A stretch of 64,000 bases of DNA. Source: Paraspadella gotoi (lineage: Eukaryota > Animalia > Chaetognatha). The notes below the pieces were generated by a model that searched no databases, was not told the origin of the DNA, and was given only the letters and a program-made list of their open reading frames with translations. Of the stretch, positions 1-11,170 are shown piece after piece (the first letter of the stretch is position 1; each line of letters opens with the position of its first letter). Location of the stretch: positions 16,022,690-16,086,689 of the forward strand of contig CM119269.1 in NCBI GenBank assembly GCA_051294375.1, given 5' to 3'. A program made the position numbers and the translations under genes.

Positions 1-2330
1 GAAATATTCAAGCAAAAGGTTAGTTCTCATATCGGTCCGCCTCGCCACCGAAATGCCGCGTTCTTGTTCGCGCTAGTCGATAGATCGCGCGTTGTACAGA
101 GTAAGAAAAAACGAACAAAATGAACATCGATAGTAGATGAAAAAAAGAGAATCGCAGGGGAAGCCGTCACGTGACCGCCGCCGACCAATGGGAGCCCGGC
201 AATCCCAAGCGGCTCCCTCCCTCATCCGGGTATACGGAAAGCCTCAATTCTTTTTTCGCCCGACTCAGTCTAGTTCGTTGTTTCCTTACTGATTTCGCGT
301 TTTTTTCTTGACTTTTCACGATTGTCTCGTATTCCTACGTTCGAAACCCGCTCATTAGAAGGTCATCAAGTAGAGAGCGAACAGTTCGGAACAGGAAGGT
401 CTGACAGTCTCCAAACGTAGAGAGACTGGAGATCCCTCAGGGGGCTTGAGGGTCCTAGGCCCCGAGACGAGCAATATACTCGCCCCCGCCGCCACCTGCC
501 CCACCGACACCCCCTTACTCCCCCCGTTTTACCGTTGGTATTTCGCAGCCCCAGAATTCCGTCGGTTTGGGGACTCGCCCGTAACCAACGACACCTTCTG
601 ATGCCCGCGAGCGGTGGGCTTAGTCCGCGAGAGGGCGGCCTCTGCTCGCTGCTCTCGCAGCCTACGTGGCGGCCAGTCTGATCATCCCCACTGCCGGAAT
701 GACGAGACAGAGGACTGGAGTCGTCCTACCGACGATGATTCGTCACTGAACAGCTTTAGGTATAGGATATTCGTAACCGATTTTTCGAGCGAGTCTACAG
801 CGCAAATCGTTTCGACGCTTTGGAGGCTGGTGAGTTTTCCCGCCAGATGACGTCCCGAGCTGGGGGTTTTAGCTCGTTTTATTCAAACGCCTCGCCCTCC
901 CTTCTTTGTTTCTCCTTTATTCTTATCTTTCTTTTTTCGAAATTCGATTTTTGGAATTTAGGAAATTTTTAATTTCTGTCTATGAATTTGATGAAAATAT
1001 TTTTATGAAAATAACCGCTTTCCCCGCCTCTTGGCATGGGCATTTCGTGGCGAGGCGGGACCCGATATGAAGAAGTTTTAATTCCTTTATGGATATTAGT
1101 TCTATATCGACGTACCGCCTCGCCACGATTCCCACCGTACCGCCTCCTTTTTTTCTTTCCTACTCATGTTCTCTTCTCCGGCTTGGGCCGATTGGCTTAG
1201 GGAAAGGGGTTTGGGGAGAATGAGGGGAGTCACGGTAAGAGTTTTTTTCCGTTTAATTATCTCGCGCTAATTTGTTTTTACCGCTTACGTTTTTTCCCTC
1301 CCCTGACGATTCCATTAATCCGGTCCGGACGTTTTTCTATTCCACACGCTTCGCCGTTTGCGAGTCAACGAAATTCCTTCCATGCTGTTCCGACATTCAG
1401 GTAGGCGGCCCCCTCTCAGATCTCGAGTACATGCTCTCGCTCGGACCCGTTTTCACACGCGTCTCGCCTCTACCCAAGCGTCAATCATCCCACCACAGTA
1501 GATGCCAGGATCCGGACGCCCAATACTCCATCCGAGTTCGGCGGTAGGAGGGGAGAAAGTTTCGTCTTTCGGATGACGACGTCGGCGGTTTTCGACGGCT
1601 CCCTGCCCGCCCGAGCAGGTCAGCGCCGGTCCAGGTTCGTACCATGGTTGGCATCTCTTCGCTGCGTTTGGGGAAGGGGTTCTTCTCACCGGCCAACTGG
1701 AACCTCGCTGGCGACGCCCAATGCTGATCGGCAACAAGTAACGCCAGCTGAGTACCCGTACGCTCGCTTCTCCCCGTAGTTCCACCGCTCCCAGACGCCT
1801 GGACACGTGCCATCTTCCGCTTCAATCTTCTGTCTGGCGTTTATCCAAAGGGGAAATAACTGTCTGGCTACTCTCGCTCCTTTTCACGCTTGTCGATGGC
1901 AGGAGAAACGCGCTACCGCGCATGCCATCCTACAGTTGTCGAATGAGATCTTGTCTGCGCGGAATCAAGGAGGCTCTCCGTTCCGGCTCGCTCCAGAAAT
2001 GAGGTCAGCGCTGGCGTCGACGCCCTTGCCGCCCCGCTTCGCGACGCAGAGCTCTTATTCAAGCGGCCAGCGTCCCTCAACACTTTTCAGTCGGCGAGCA
2101 TCCGCCAGACCATCCCAATACTCGCCTGTGGCCGCGCGCCAGAGGATCTCCGCGCCACGCCTTTACTCAGCCTGCAGCTGACCCACCCGCAATTCTTTCT
2201 CTTTTGGTATTCAGGGTAAGCGCAGGTAGAGGAATCGGCGACTCAATATCGACGCTTACCTAACGAAACGAGATCGCTCGCGCCAAAACCCGCTGCCGAC
2301 AGCGCCCTCATCATTTCCATCCGAGCCCGC
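1..2330 (-). mobile_element. Degenerate DIRS-like (tyrosine recombinase) retrotransposon, 3' part
   Basis: Motif TAGTTCTCATATCGGTCCGCCTCGCCAC(C)GAAATGCC at 21-57 recurs inverted at 1039-1077 and direct at 1097-1126. The ~19-nt spacer between the latter two resembles 1-20, giving the ICR/ITR geometry of DIRS1 3' ends. 160-260 carries GTCACGTGAC, CCAAT, a TATA-like site and CCTCAATTCTTTTTTCGCC, like DIRS ITR promoters. Frameshifted minus-strand peptide fragments LSAAGFG..DSST.AY (2220-2310) and LALLVA..GRR.SE (1698-1750) resemble the recombinase N-terminus and box I. No intact ORF. Confidence 0.55.
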
Positions 2331-3489
2331 NNNNNNNNNNNNNNNNNNNNNNNNNAAGGAAAGAAATACAAATAGAAAAAGAGAAATAAAAAGAAAGAAG
2401 AGAAAAAAAGAAAAAAGAATAAAAGAAAGAAAGAAAATAGAGAAAGAAAGACGATAGAAGAAAGTAAAGAAAGAGAAAGGAACAAAGAAAGAAGAAAGAT
2501 AGAAAAAAAAGATAGAAAAATGAAGCAGAAATACAAAACAGTTTTTAGCCAAATAATAGAGAAACATCGTTCTTTTTTCCTGGTTGGCTCGATTTCGAAT
2601 AATTTGGTTACCGATCGACGTGGAATTACGTTCTAGTATACCGAGATAAAAAAATCATAAAATCGGTCCACGCGTCAAAAAGTTATGGGCAAAAAACGGA
2701 CAAAAGAATAGCGCCTTCCGAGGAATCAACTTTCGCCTAACATCAACGAGCGAAAAAGTGGCGTTAACATTAGATTTGAACTACGTAGTACTAATCTTAG
2801 TTCCGACGAATCGATGGTAAGCCAAATCCTTATTCCGGAGCCAATAGAAATAAACGGAAAAATTACGGAAGCTGATTACGGAAAGGAAAATGTTGATATA
2901 AGAAAACGAATATGTTAAAAGAAAGATGGTAATATGATTACTGATACAACTTAAATAAGTGATTGGATTAATAATTTAAATACTAATTAGGGTTAAATTT
3001 TACTTTCGCCAACCGGGGTTAGAGCTTACAGTGGCGAGAGACAGCTGATCCGATATACGTAGAAGACCGAGGAACTTGGATAGATTCCATGTCGCCCTTC
3101 TTTTATTTTAACGTAAATGTCATTACAAGTTATCTTATATAACGGTAAGTAAAGTAAATCAAGTAAAAAACCCAAAATTGGCTGCTCTTGCTGACGGGGT
3201 CAATCTTGGATCCATGATCATGAGTTCTTGGGACTCGAATCTTATTAATGGTACTTGGTAAATTTATTAATTATGCTCTAGTAACTAGAAAATAAAGTAG
3301 CCCTATTAATAAAAACAAGACGGTGAATCTATTAGCAACGTAATATTAAATGACAAAGATAAAAGTATTTTAAATATTAAGCTCCTATCAAATAATTTTA
3401 AAACAAATTACATGGACCGTTCATAAAAGAAACAGTACAAGCATTTATTTAAGAACATCCCCACATATTTAAATCAGCAACCTGCCAGA

Positions 3490-3655
3490 AATTTATCCCC
3501 ACAATCTCTTTTGCTGCGTATCATCACCGCGTCTTTTTGTGAACGAATATTCCCACGTCTTTTGCTGGAATCATCCCCCGCGTTCTTTTGCTTTACTGCG
3601 AATCATCCCCGCGTCTTTTGTGCGAATCATCCCCGCATATTTTTGCCTGCGATTC
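3490..3655 (+). repeat. ~20-25-bp minisatellite (GCGAATCATCCCCGCGTCTTTTGCT-like), about 6-7 degenerate copies
   Basis: Repeated aatcatccccgcgtcttttg units are directly visible. Confidence 0.8.
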
Positions 3656-4744
3656 ATGTTAGGAATATTGATTAGAATAATCTTGGTTATAAAATAACTT
3701 TTTTTATCATTTTATTTAATAAAATTAGCAGAACGTTGATAATTACAATAAAATCTTATTTACAGAATGGAAATTGCTTTTGCTATTTCATCGATGCTTA
3801 GTAGCGTTTTTATTCAATTATAATCTTAAGAAAATTTTGTATATACCCAACCAACATTTATTATCAGTTTAGTTTGAATTTTTAACTATTGAATATAATT
3901 CCAAATGAATTAACCTGTCGGATGCCGCTTCCTCCACTTCCTGAGCCCAATGGTAAACAGGCTTGGGACCCAGTCATCCCCCCAAAACTCAGCTATATAA
4001 AAAAGATAATTTGTTAAATGCAATACACAAAAATGACAATGTTATAAGAAAAAAAAATTTTTAAACAACAACCGAATGATTTAATACGATTCAAAAAATA
4101 AGCGACTCGTGTCTGAAAAAGGGATTAATAAAAATAGAACTATTGGAATGCATATGGAAATAAAAAATATTTAAAATTTTAATAATCTCGCAGAGTTACT
4201 ATTTGAAAAAATGGAAAAAAATCTTAAATCACAATGATCCATCGCCTGAATATATCTACAAAAAAAAGCGATAAAGATCTGGCGAGATAAAAATAATGCG
4301 CTGATGTTTTATTTATTACCAACTTGCTGCACTATATGCCCCCTACCTCTTTGTCCGTCTCGCCACTAAGGTCGCAGATAAGTATTGCTTGAGAAACTGG
4401 ACACGGATTCTCCCTCTCCGTTGTTCTTGAAAACTTGACAAGTGGCGCACGCTTAGACCGCCTTATTACTCTGCGTCCCGTCTCGCCTCAGATCGGCGGG
4501 CGAGACAAGGAAGAGTGGCTTGGTGCGGCGGCAAAACCTAGGCGTTGGTTGGCGTGCATGCGGTGACAATTTCTAAACCGCTAAAAAAAAACTGCTAAAA
4601 AAACTACCATTTGCAAAATCCAGAAAAAATTATTATTTACTATTATATGTACTTTATAAAATTATATTTAAATTATTATATATTTAACTAAAACTTAATT
4701 TTAAACTTAACCTACCCTATTATCTTTAACCTTAAACTTAACCT

Positions 4745-5310
4745 TAACCGTAACTTACCCCCAACCTCAATTTACCCCAACCTAATTTCCCCTCAACCCA
4801 ATTTCCCTCAAACCCTAATTTCCCTCAACCCTAATTTACCCCCAACTTAATTACCCCACCACCCTTAATTTACCCCAACCCTGATTTACCCCACCTAATT
4901 TACCCTAAACCTTAATTTCCTTCACCTTATTACCTCAACCTTATATTTACCCTCAACCTTAATTATCCCTACCCTAATTCTCCCCCACCCTAATTTACCC
5001 CCACCCTAATTTACCCTAACCTAATTTCCCTCAACCTTAATTTACCCTCAACCTTAATTATCCTACCCTAATTTACCCCCACCCTAATTACCCCCACCCT
5101 AATATACCCTAACCTAATTTCCCTCAACCTTAATTTACCCTCACCTTAATTATCCCTACCCTTATTTACCCCCACTCCTCAATAATTTACTCCAACCCAA
5201 TTTACCCCAACCTTAATTTACCCAACCCTAATTTCCCACAACCCTAATTACCCCCCACCTAATTACCCCCACCCTAATTCACCCCAACCCTATTTACTCC
5301 CAACCCTAAT
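4745..5310 (+). repeat. ~17-bp C-rich satellite (CCCTAATTTACCCCCAA / CCTTAATTTACCCTCAA), >30 copies
   Basis: Tandem units are directly visible; many contain CCCTAA (TTAGGG on the minus strand). Confidence 0.9.
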
Positions 5311-5872
5311 TAACTAGTTTAATCTTATTTTTTAATTTAATTTTTTTTGGCACAAAAAATGTTATAACAAAAATAACGCTGAATGAAGACTTGAAATTAG
5401 AATCGAACATGTCCATTTTTTTTCTTTGTGTCGACGAAAGGCTTGAGACGGTCAGGGTGGAAGTCCGAGGTTCGCAGGATTGGGCCGCGAAGTCGAGGCG
5501 AAGAGAACGGCCTCCTCAAGAAACGATCTCAAATGGGCTGTCATAGATTCGCGATGGCGCGTCGCGGCGGACACGAGCGCCAAAGCGGCAACTTTGAGGC
5601 CGCGCTCGGGGATTTTTGGGGATGATTAGATTGAGAAAGCTCTTCAGTTATCGTATTTGGGCAATAGTTCTGATAACTATATCGACTGTTTAACTTAGTC
5701 GGACTCCGGCAAAACGCCCGCAGTTTTACGAAACATGCAATTTTTCTAAAATTTTCTTAGGTGGTAATAACTTTCCTCTATGTCAAATTCTTTATTTTCG
5801 AAAAAAAATCTTTCGTGTTGTATGTATTTGGGCAAAATGATTTTTGTTCAAACGAATTTTATTTAAACATAA

Positions 5873-5914
5873 AACCGTACATGTTTCGGCTTGGATTCAA
5901 GCCTTCTTAGCGTC
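5873..5914 (-). ncRNA. Minimal type I hammerhead ribozyme-like motif (left arm; one core base missing)
   Basis: Minus strand reads GACG-CTAAGA-A-GGCTTG-AATC-CAAGCC-GAAAC-AT-GTA-CGGTT: a 6-bp stem II and palindromic ACATGT at stem III. CTAAGA lacks the G of CUGANGA. Confidence 0.45.
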
Positions 5915-6434
5915 AATGAATTTGTGAAATTTTGACAGTTTTTTGTTGTCGGAAAAGGGAAAGAGAGAGAGAGAGAGAGAGAGGAGAGAGATAGGGCTAA
6001 AGTTATCCAACACAGAGTTTCAGAAAAATAATTAGTGTCAGTGGTGAGGACAGGTTAAGAAGAGGACAATAGAGATTTTGTTTAGTTAGTTAATAACAGT
6101 TAAACTTTATTTGTGTACATTGAAATAATATTATTTTTCTTCTCCCATTAGTCTCTCTTCTCTCTTCTCCCTCTCTCTCTCCTCTCTTCTCTCTCTCTCA
6201 ATTTTTTTTCCTCTCCCTTTTCTCCAACTTCTGACCATTTCATTTCTTATTCAAAACTAAAATCTCTATCTGTCCTCATTCTTAACCTGCTCCCTCACCA
6301 CTTGACCACTATTATTTTTCTGAACTCTGTGTGTTGGAAACTTTGCCCTATCTTCTTCTCTCTTTCTCTCTCTCTCTCCTCTCTCTCTCTTCCCTTCTTT
6401 CACACAAAAAAACTGTTACCAATTTCACAATCAT

Positions 6435-6480
6435 GACCCTGAAGAAGGCTTGTAATCCAAAGCCGAAACATTGTACGTTT
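6435..6480 (+). ncRNA. Minimal type I hammerhead ribozyme-like motif (right arm)
   Basis: GACC-CTGAAGA(6439-6445)-A-GGCTT...AAGCC-GAAAC(6465-6469)-ATT-GTA-CGTTT gives CUGANGA, stem II, GAAA and a GUH cleavage triplet; stem I is weak. Confidence 0.55.
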
Positions 6481-6671
6481 TTCTAGTTAAATAAAATTCG
6501 TTGTGAAACAAAAATCATTTTGCCCAAATAAATTTTCTAAAAATCTATTCCTATTCATTTATAATTTTCGTAAAAAAAAAGAAAAAAAAATCGGCTGGAG
6601 ATAATTTATTTATAAACATCGAAAATCCCCAACCTCCTCTGATTTTCGTGAACCGCGGCTGGCTCGACGGA

Positions 6672-6706
6672 GTTGCCATGGCTTTCGATTGGTTCTCTAA
6701 GGGGCG
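6672..6706 (+). promoter_or_regulatory. Possible promoter elements upstream of the unidentified gene (RFX X-box-like site, inverted CCAAT, GC box)
   Basis: GTTGCCATGGC at 6672-6682, ATTGG at 6688-6692 and GGGGCG at 6701-6706, clustered ~1.4 kb upstream of ATG 8074. Motif matches only. Confidence 0.25.
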
Positions 6707-7971
6707 TAATGATAAGTCTTGCGCACATTCAGGGCCATGTAAGAATCGCAGAGCAAACAAAGTCCAGATTCCTTTTTTCATATATAAAAACACGTAAATT
6801 TTTCGAGTGAGTCCCACCAGAAACATAAGACAAACGCAGAAATTGATCTCTCAGTCAGTTAATAGAACTAATTTAGACTGGCGGACAACGCGGGAATTAA
6901 GCGCCGAAAAAATCGTTTTAACAGGCAGATTATTAATTAAACAAGCAAGCTTGGTTAATTAAAAAAATTAGATCCCTTGTTTGACAAATCAAAAATCTAT
7001 CTGACTGTGTAACATATGTATATATTAGTCTAGTCTCGGAGAATGAAGTTAGTCAGTTACGAAAGTGTGAAATTCCGTTAAACCGTCCACTTTGGCGGTC
7101 CATCGTACCATATCAAGATGACCGAATTTTTTCGAGTGCTCCACCGACACGGAACATTACCAAAGAGACCCCCCGCTTTCGAAATAAACTAAAACCAATT
7201 TATTAATAAAAAAATTATAAATAATATACAGGTCTTCTGCGGGAATTAAGAGGTGACCAAAAAAAGCGTGGAAAAACCCGGATCCTGATCCCCCCTCGCC
7301 CGAAACGATGTTTCTCTACAAATAAAGAAAACCGCTGATGGAAAAAAAATTCTGAGCGCTAAATTAAAACACTTTCCAAATAATTGAGTATTTCATAAAG
7401 ATGTATGATTTACTCATGCTTCGATTCACTTTATTCCTCCAACTAATTTTGAAATGGACTTTTGTCGTCCGATTTATTCGTAATTTAATTTACACCGAAG
7501 AAAACAAAACCAAAAAAAGGAGCACTAATGACGAAAAATTATTTCTCCAAATCAAAGCGACAAAAACGTGGATATTCGTAACGTAATCGCCGGTCCGACA
7601 GTCTTCCTATTTTTTCCTTGAATATTTGTCCGAACAAAGACGCAACCACACGTACATTCTCGTAAAGCAGAGAGATTCATCGAGCCCGCCCCAATTCAAC
7701 CCCCCCCCCAACTAACCAAGAAACCCCCGAATTAAACCATAACTTCCAACTAAAACAAACTTGTAAAAACAAAAATGCCGAAGGGGGGGGGCAAGGGTTT
7801 GAACCACTGAAAGGAGAGAGGGGAAAAAGTTTACGGCATTTTTTTCTTCTTTTTTTCAGGAAAAAACCGGAAAGTCGTCAAAGTCCGCCTTTTACGTCTT
7901 AACGACCAGAGAGCAACAAGAGGAAATTTTGGTGAAAACATGAAAAATTTGACGAGCCGAGTCTTCCTACT

Positions 7972-8039
<68 letters not shown>

Positions 8040-8073
8040 AAAGCCGGTCTGAGGAGAGGATTGAGGAACTGTC

Positions 8074-8143
8074 ATGCCTCGGAAGGCGCTGCCCGGTTCG
8101 GAGAGAGGAGAGACCCGCTGCCATCATGGAATTGAAGATTATG
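8074..8143 (+). CDS. Unidentified ~200-aa protein, coding exon 1 (MPRKALPGSERGETRCHHGIEDY)
   Basis: (CT)n tract with AAG acceptor at 8043, in-frame upstream TGA, ATG at 8074, and a weak phase-1 donor G|GTTGTG that matches the next exon. Confidence 0.5.
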
Positions 8144-9417
8144 GTTGTGGAGAGCCCAACTGTGGGGGCGGGCGGGTGTTGGGTGGGGGGAGGGCTGGAG
8201 GTGTTTCGTTGTGGTTGCGGCGAGGCGAAGTCGGGAAGCGGAGAATCGTTTGTTGTTGGAAGAAGTAGTTTATAGAAAAGTTTATACAAAGTTTATACTT
8301 AGAGAAAAGTTTATCAATAGAAGGTTTATGGGTGAAGGGTAGTTTCCTAATTCCAACGAACACTTTTGACTCGAATGAATTCGTCGGAATTAAAAACTGT
8401 GAAGATTTATCGTGAAGAGTGAAGTGTATAATAACGAGAAAAAAATTTGGGCGGGTCGGAGACTCGGAAGAAGACAATGAACTAAGAAGAAGAAAAAAAG
8501 AAGAGATTTGAGGGAGAGAAAAGGTGAGCATTAGACAAGGGCGAAAGAAAGGAGAGAAAATGAAAAGAAAGGAAAAAAAGTAAATAAGGAAAGGAAGTAT
8601 GGAAAGAAAGAAGTTGCTCTGAGTGAAATGAGGTAGCACGGGACAAGACGAGGAAAGAGTGTTAAAGTTTACTTTACAATTTGAGGTTTGTAAATAATTC
8701 TTATTTATTAATCATTTAAATTGAAATCTAATCCTATAAGTTTTTTAGTTCGCACCGAAAAGAATGTCATGAATTTTTTTTTTTTTAAATAGATATAGCA
8801 TTTTAAATAGGTTTTTTAAATATTTTATTCCCTCTTAAAACTACCAATAGTGGTGCATCCCAACGTGTACAATATTAAACCCACATAATTCCCATGTCCC
8901 ATGTCGCTAAAAGCCCGATCTAAACCTGGCCATGTCAACCATGTCATCCATGCCATTCTCATAACGCACTCATACCCCCGACCGCTTTCCTCCCAAAAAA
9001 GAGCGAACGGTGAATTCGTTGTAACTTTTTTACGACTCGCGTTTCTCGAGCCGGGATTTTCTCTCTCTCTCTCTCTCTTCTTCTTCTTCTTCTTTTTCTT
9101 CTTCTTCCTCTTCCTCTTCCTCTTCCTCTTCCTCCTCGGCCGCTTCCGTTGACCTTTGAAAAGACAGGCCTCTTTTTTTCTCCCTCCCCTCACTCGACCT
9201 CTTCTAACCACACCCCGTTTTACTTTCGTTGTATATCGCTAGAACTTTTGGCATTATGATAAAATGTACTTCATCACGAGTTAAATTAAACATTCCATTT
9301 CAATTTTATTATAAATTTTAATAATATCTACGATGTACAAAAGCACCACGACCTTTTATCTATTCCTCTAGTTTGTTACCTTGTTGGTCTCACTAATTTC
9401 TTTTCGTAATTCCTAAG

Positions 9418-9451
9418 ATAGCAATAAGAATAAAGGCGATTGGTGGGTCCG
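9418..9451 (+). CDS. Unidentified protein, exon 2 (dSNKNKGDWWVr)
   Basis: Branch-like CACTAAT, pyrimidine tract, AAG acceptor; donor CG|GTGAAG; phase 1 to 2; followed by a 55-nt intron. Confidence 0.6.
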
Positions 9452-9506
9452 GTGAAGAGCGGACGTTTAAGCTAGAGGTTCCTCTACACAAGCTTTCTCT
9501 AAACAG

Positions 9507-9659
9507 GCTTTCTCTGCGGGATTGTGCCAAGAATTATAAAAAGAACGAGAATTGTAAATGCAGCGACCACATGACAGGTAAAAAGACTCGTCCCTATTGG
9601 TTTCACGGCTCGACTAAGTGTGAACTTCCAGTGACACTTACTCACCCACTATCGCTCGG
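9507..9659 (+). CDS. Unidentified protein, exon 3 (LSLRDCAKNYKKNENCKCSDHMTGKKTRPYWFHGSTKCELPVTLTHPLSLg)
   Basis: ctttctctaaacag acceptor, 50 open codons, GG|GTAAGT donor, phase 2 to 2. Confidence 0.7.
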
Positions 9660-9980
9660 GTAAGTTTAAAAATTGCGCCGACAACGCCGACGCTTACGAG
9701 GTCAACGAAGAAGGACGACAACAACGAAGAATCGGACATTTTCAAAACCGCGCGGAAAATAACACATATAATGTGGTAATGACAAAGTGATAATTATGAC
9801 AAGAGTGACAAAAACAATGACAGCGTCTACCATGAAAAAAAAACTTCGAGAGGCGACCGCGCGGATAATGAAGTCGACGACATGGATGACACCGGTGAAG
9901 ACGAAGAGGAAACGACGACGACGACGACGACAACGACGACGACAACTAAGCTGACGCCTTCGCGATTATTTGTTCCGCAG

Positions 9981-10031
9981 CGACGAATTCCACGTCGATG
10001 AGAAAGACGAAGACGACGACGACTATGAAAG
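9981..10031 (+). CDS. Unidentified protein, exon 4 (DEFHVDEKDEDDDDYEs)
   Basis: tttgttccgcag acceptor, AG|GTAAGA donor, phase 2 to 2, open frame. Confidence 0.7.
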
Positions 10032-10384
10032 GTAAGAAAAAAATGATTAAAATTGAAAAAAAAAGCTGACATCACGAGAAAAAAAAAAGGACGTTACGAA
10101 GCCGGACAAAAAAACCGGAAACCGTGAAATCGCAAGTGGTTTTGGGAGTTGGAGGACAAGGGTGAAATGGGGGTGAAGTGGGGGTTGAAATGAGGGAGTT
10201 GAAGCGAAGGGGGTGTGGGTGAAGAGTGGTGGGGAAGGTGGACATAGCGGAAAGGTTAAGTTGTTAAGGTGAAAACTGGTTTGCGGAAGCGTGATTCGAG
10301 TGGTGAAAAAAAAGCGGAAACGTAATGGCTGAGCGGACCTTTTGAGAATAAGAGTTTTTAAGAGACGACTATTACGTAGAGAGA

Positions 10385-10438
<54 letters not shown>

Positions 10439-10667
10439 AGAGAAGAGAGAGAGAGAGATGGATTTCTTCGTTTCGCTCCGATGCAGGGACTGAGAGGTAA
10501 ACCGATCTTGCTAATCAATTCCTCGTCGGCGGAGGAGGAAGAAAATGCGGTGAGAGAGTGAATCTGAACAAAACCTCAAAAAACCTACCAACGCGTGAAA
10601 TGTGAGAACGGAGAAAGCGAGAGAGAGAGAGAGAGAGACGAGAGAGAGAGAGCGAGAGAGAGAAAGG

Positions 10668-10702
<35 letters not shown>

Positions 10703-10777
10703 TTAACTTGTGAAATTATCCGTTCAGTCTCGATTTAAATCGTGAATAGCGACTGTTCACATTTTACCTTCGCAAAG

Positions 10778-10808
10778 CCAAAGCAAAATGCTAGCAAATA
10801 TGTCTAAG
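10778..10808 (+). CDS. Unidentified protein, exon 5 (QSKMLANMSK)
   Basis: ttttaccttcgcaaag acceptor and AAG|GTATTC donor; phase 2 to 0 exactly bridges exons 4 and 6. Confidence 0.55.
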
Positions 10809-11046
10809 GTATTCTATAAGCATCTATAAAATATATATAAAAAAATCCATGTCGATATTTCGTTTCACGAGGAAAGAAAAAAAAATTTCAAACCGGCGCG
10901 GTTGGGGAGAAAAACATTTTCAACGAGTCGAAGAGGGAAAAGAGAAAAAGGGAAGGTAAGGTCAGGAGGTAAGGAGGTCATTGAAACGAGGCTGCAATTC
11001 CACGGAGAAAGTTGAAGTCGCCTCAGACACATTTTTCTTTTTCTAG

Positions 11047-11119
11047 CGGAAAAAAAAACCCAAGACTGTTTTGAGGTTGGAAACTGGAGAGCCGAGAAAG
11101 CGTGAGCACCGGCGCCGGG
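11047..11119 (+). CDS. Unidentified protein, exon 6 (RKKKPKTVLRLETGEPRKREHRRRg)
   Basis: Long T-rich tract ending ttctag as acceptor, G|GTAAGG donor, phase 0 to 1, open frame. Confidence 0.65.
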
Positions 11120-11170
11120 GTAAGGTGGTCTGCGGGGGGGGGGAAGAGGGAGGGCTGGGTTGAGGGCTAT

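Larger units (their letters stand above)
2566..5820. mobile_element. Possible non-autonomous DNA-transposon-derived sequence, family not identified
   Basis: Motifs such as AAAATCGGTCCACGCGTCAAAAAGTTATG (~2660) resemble subterminal motifs of invertebrate DNA transposons, and the region holds internal minisatellites. No TIR, TSD or transposase identified. Confidence 0.25.
5825..6530. mobile_element. Inverted repeat (arms ~5825-6083 and ~6254-6530) resembling inverted Penelope-like pseudo-LTRs
   Basis: The arms are reverse complements with scattered indels (e.g. TATTTGGGCAAAATGATTTTTGTT vs AACAAAAATCATTTTGCCCAAATA). Each arm ends in a hammerhead-like core followed by AATAAA (6490-6495 on plus; 5858-5863 on minus). 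Confidence 0.6.

Noticed and set aside
3490-5310. Regularly spaced repeats as a CRISPR array or a true telomere
   Set aside because: No unique spacers, eukaryotic context, and the array is interstitial with a 17-bp rather than 5-6-bp period.
10487-10496. 10-nt micro-exon candidate (ATGCAG|GGACTGAGAG|GTAAAC)
   Set aside because: It gives an in-frame TGA in the required phase, whereas exon 10778-10808 bridges the phases without a stop. It could only be a poison exon, with no supporting evidence.
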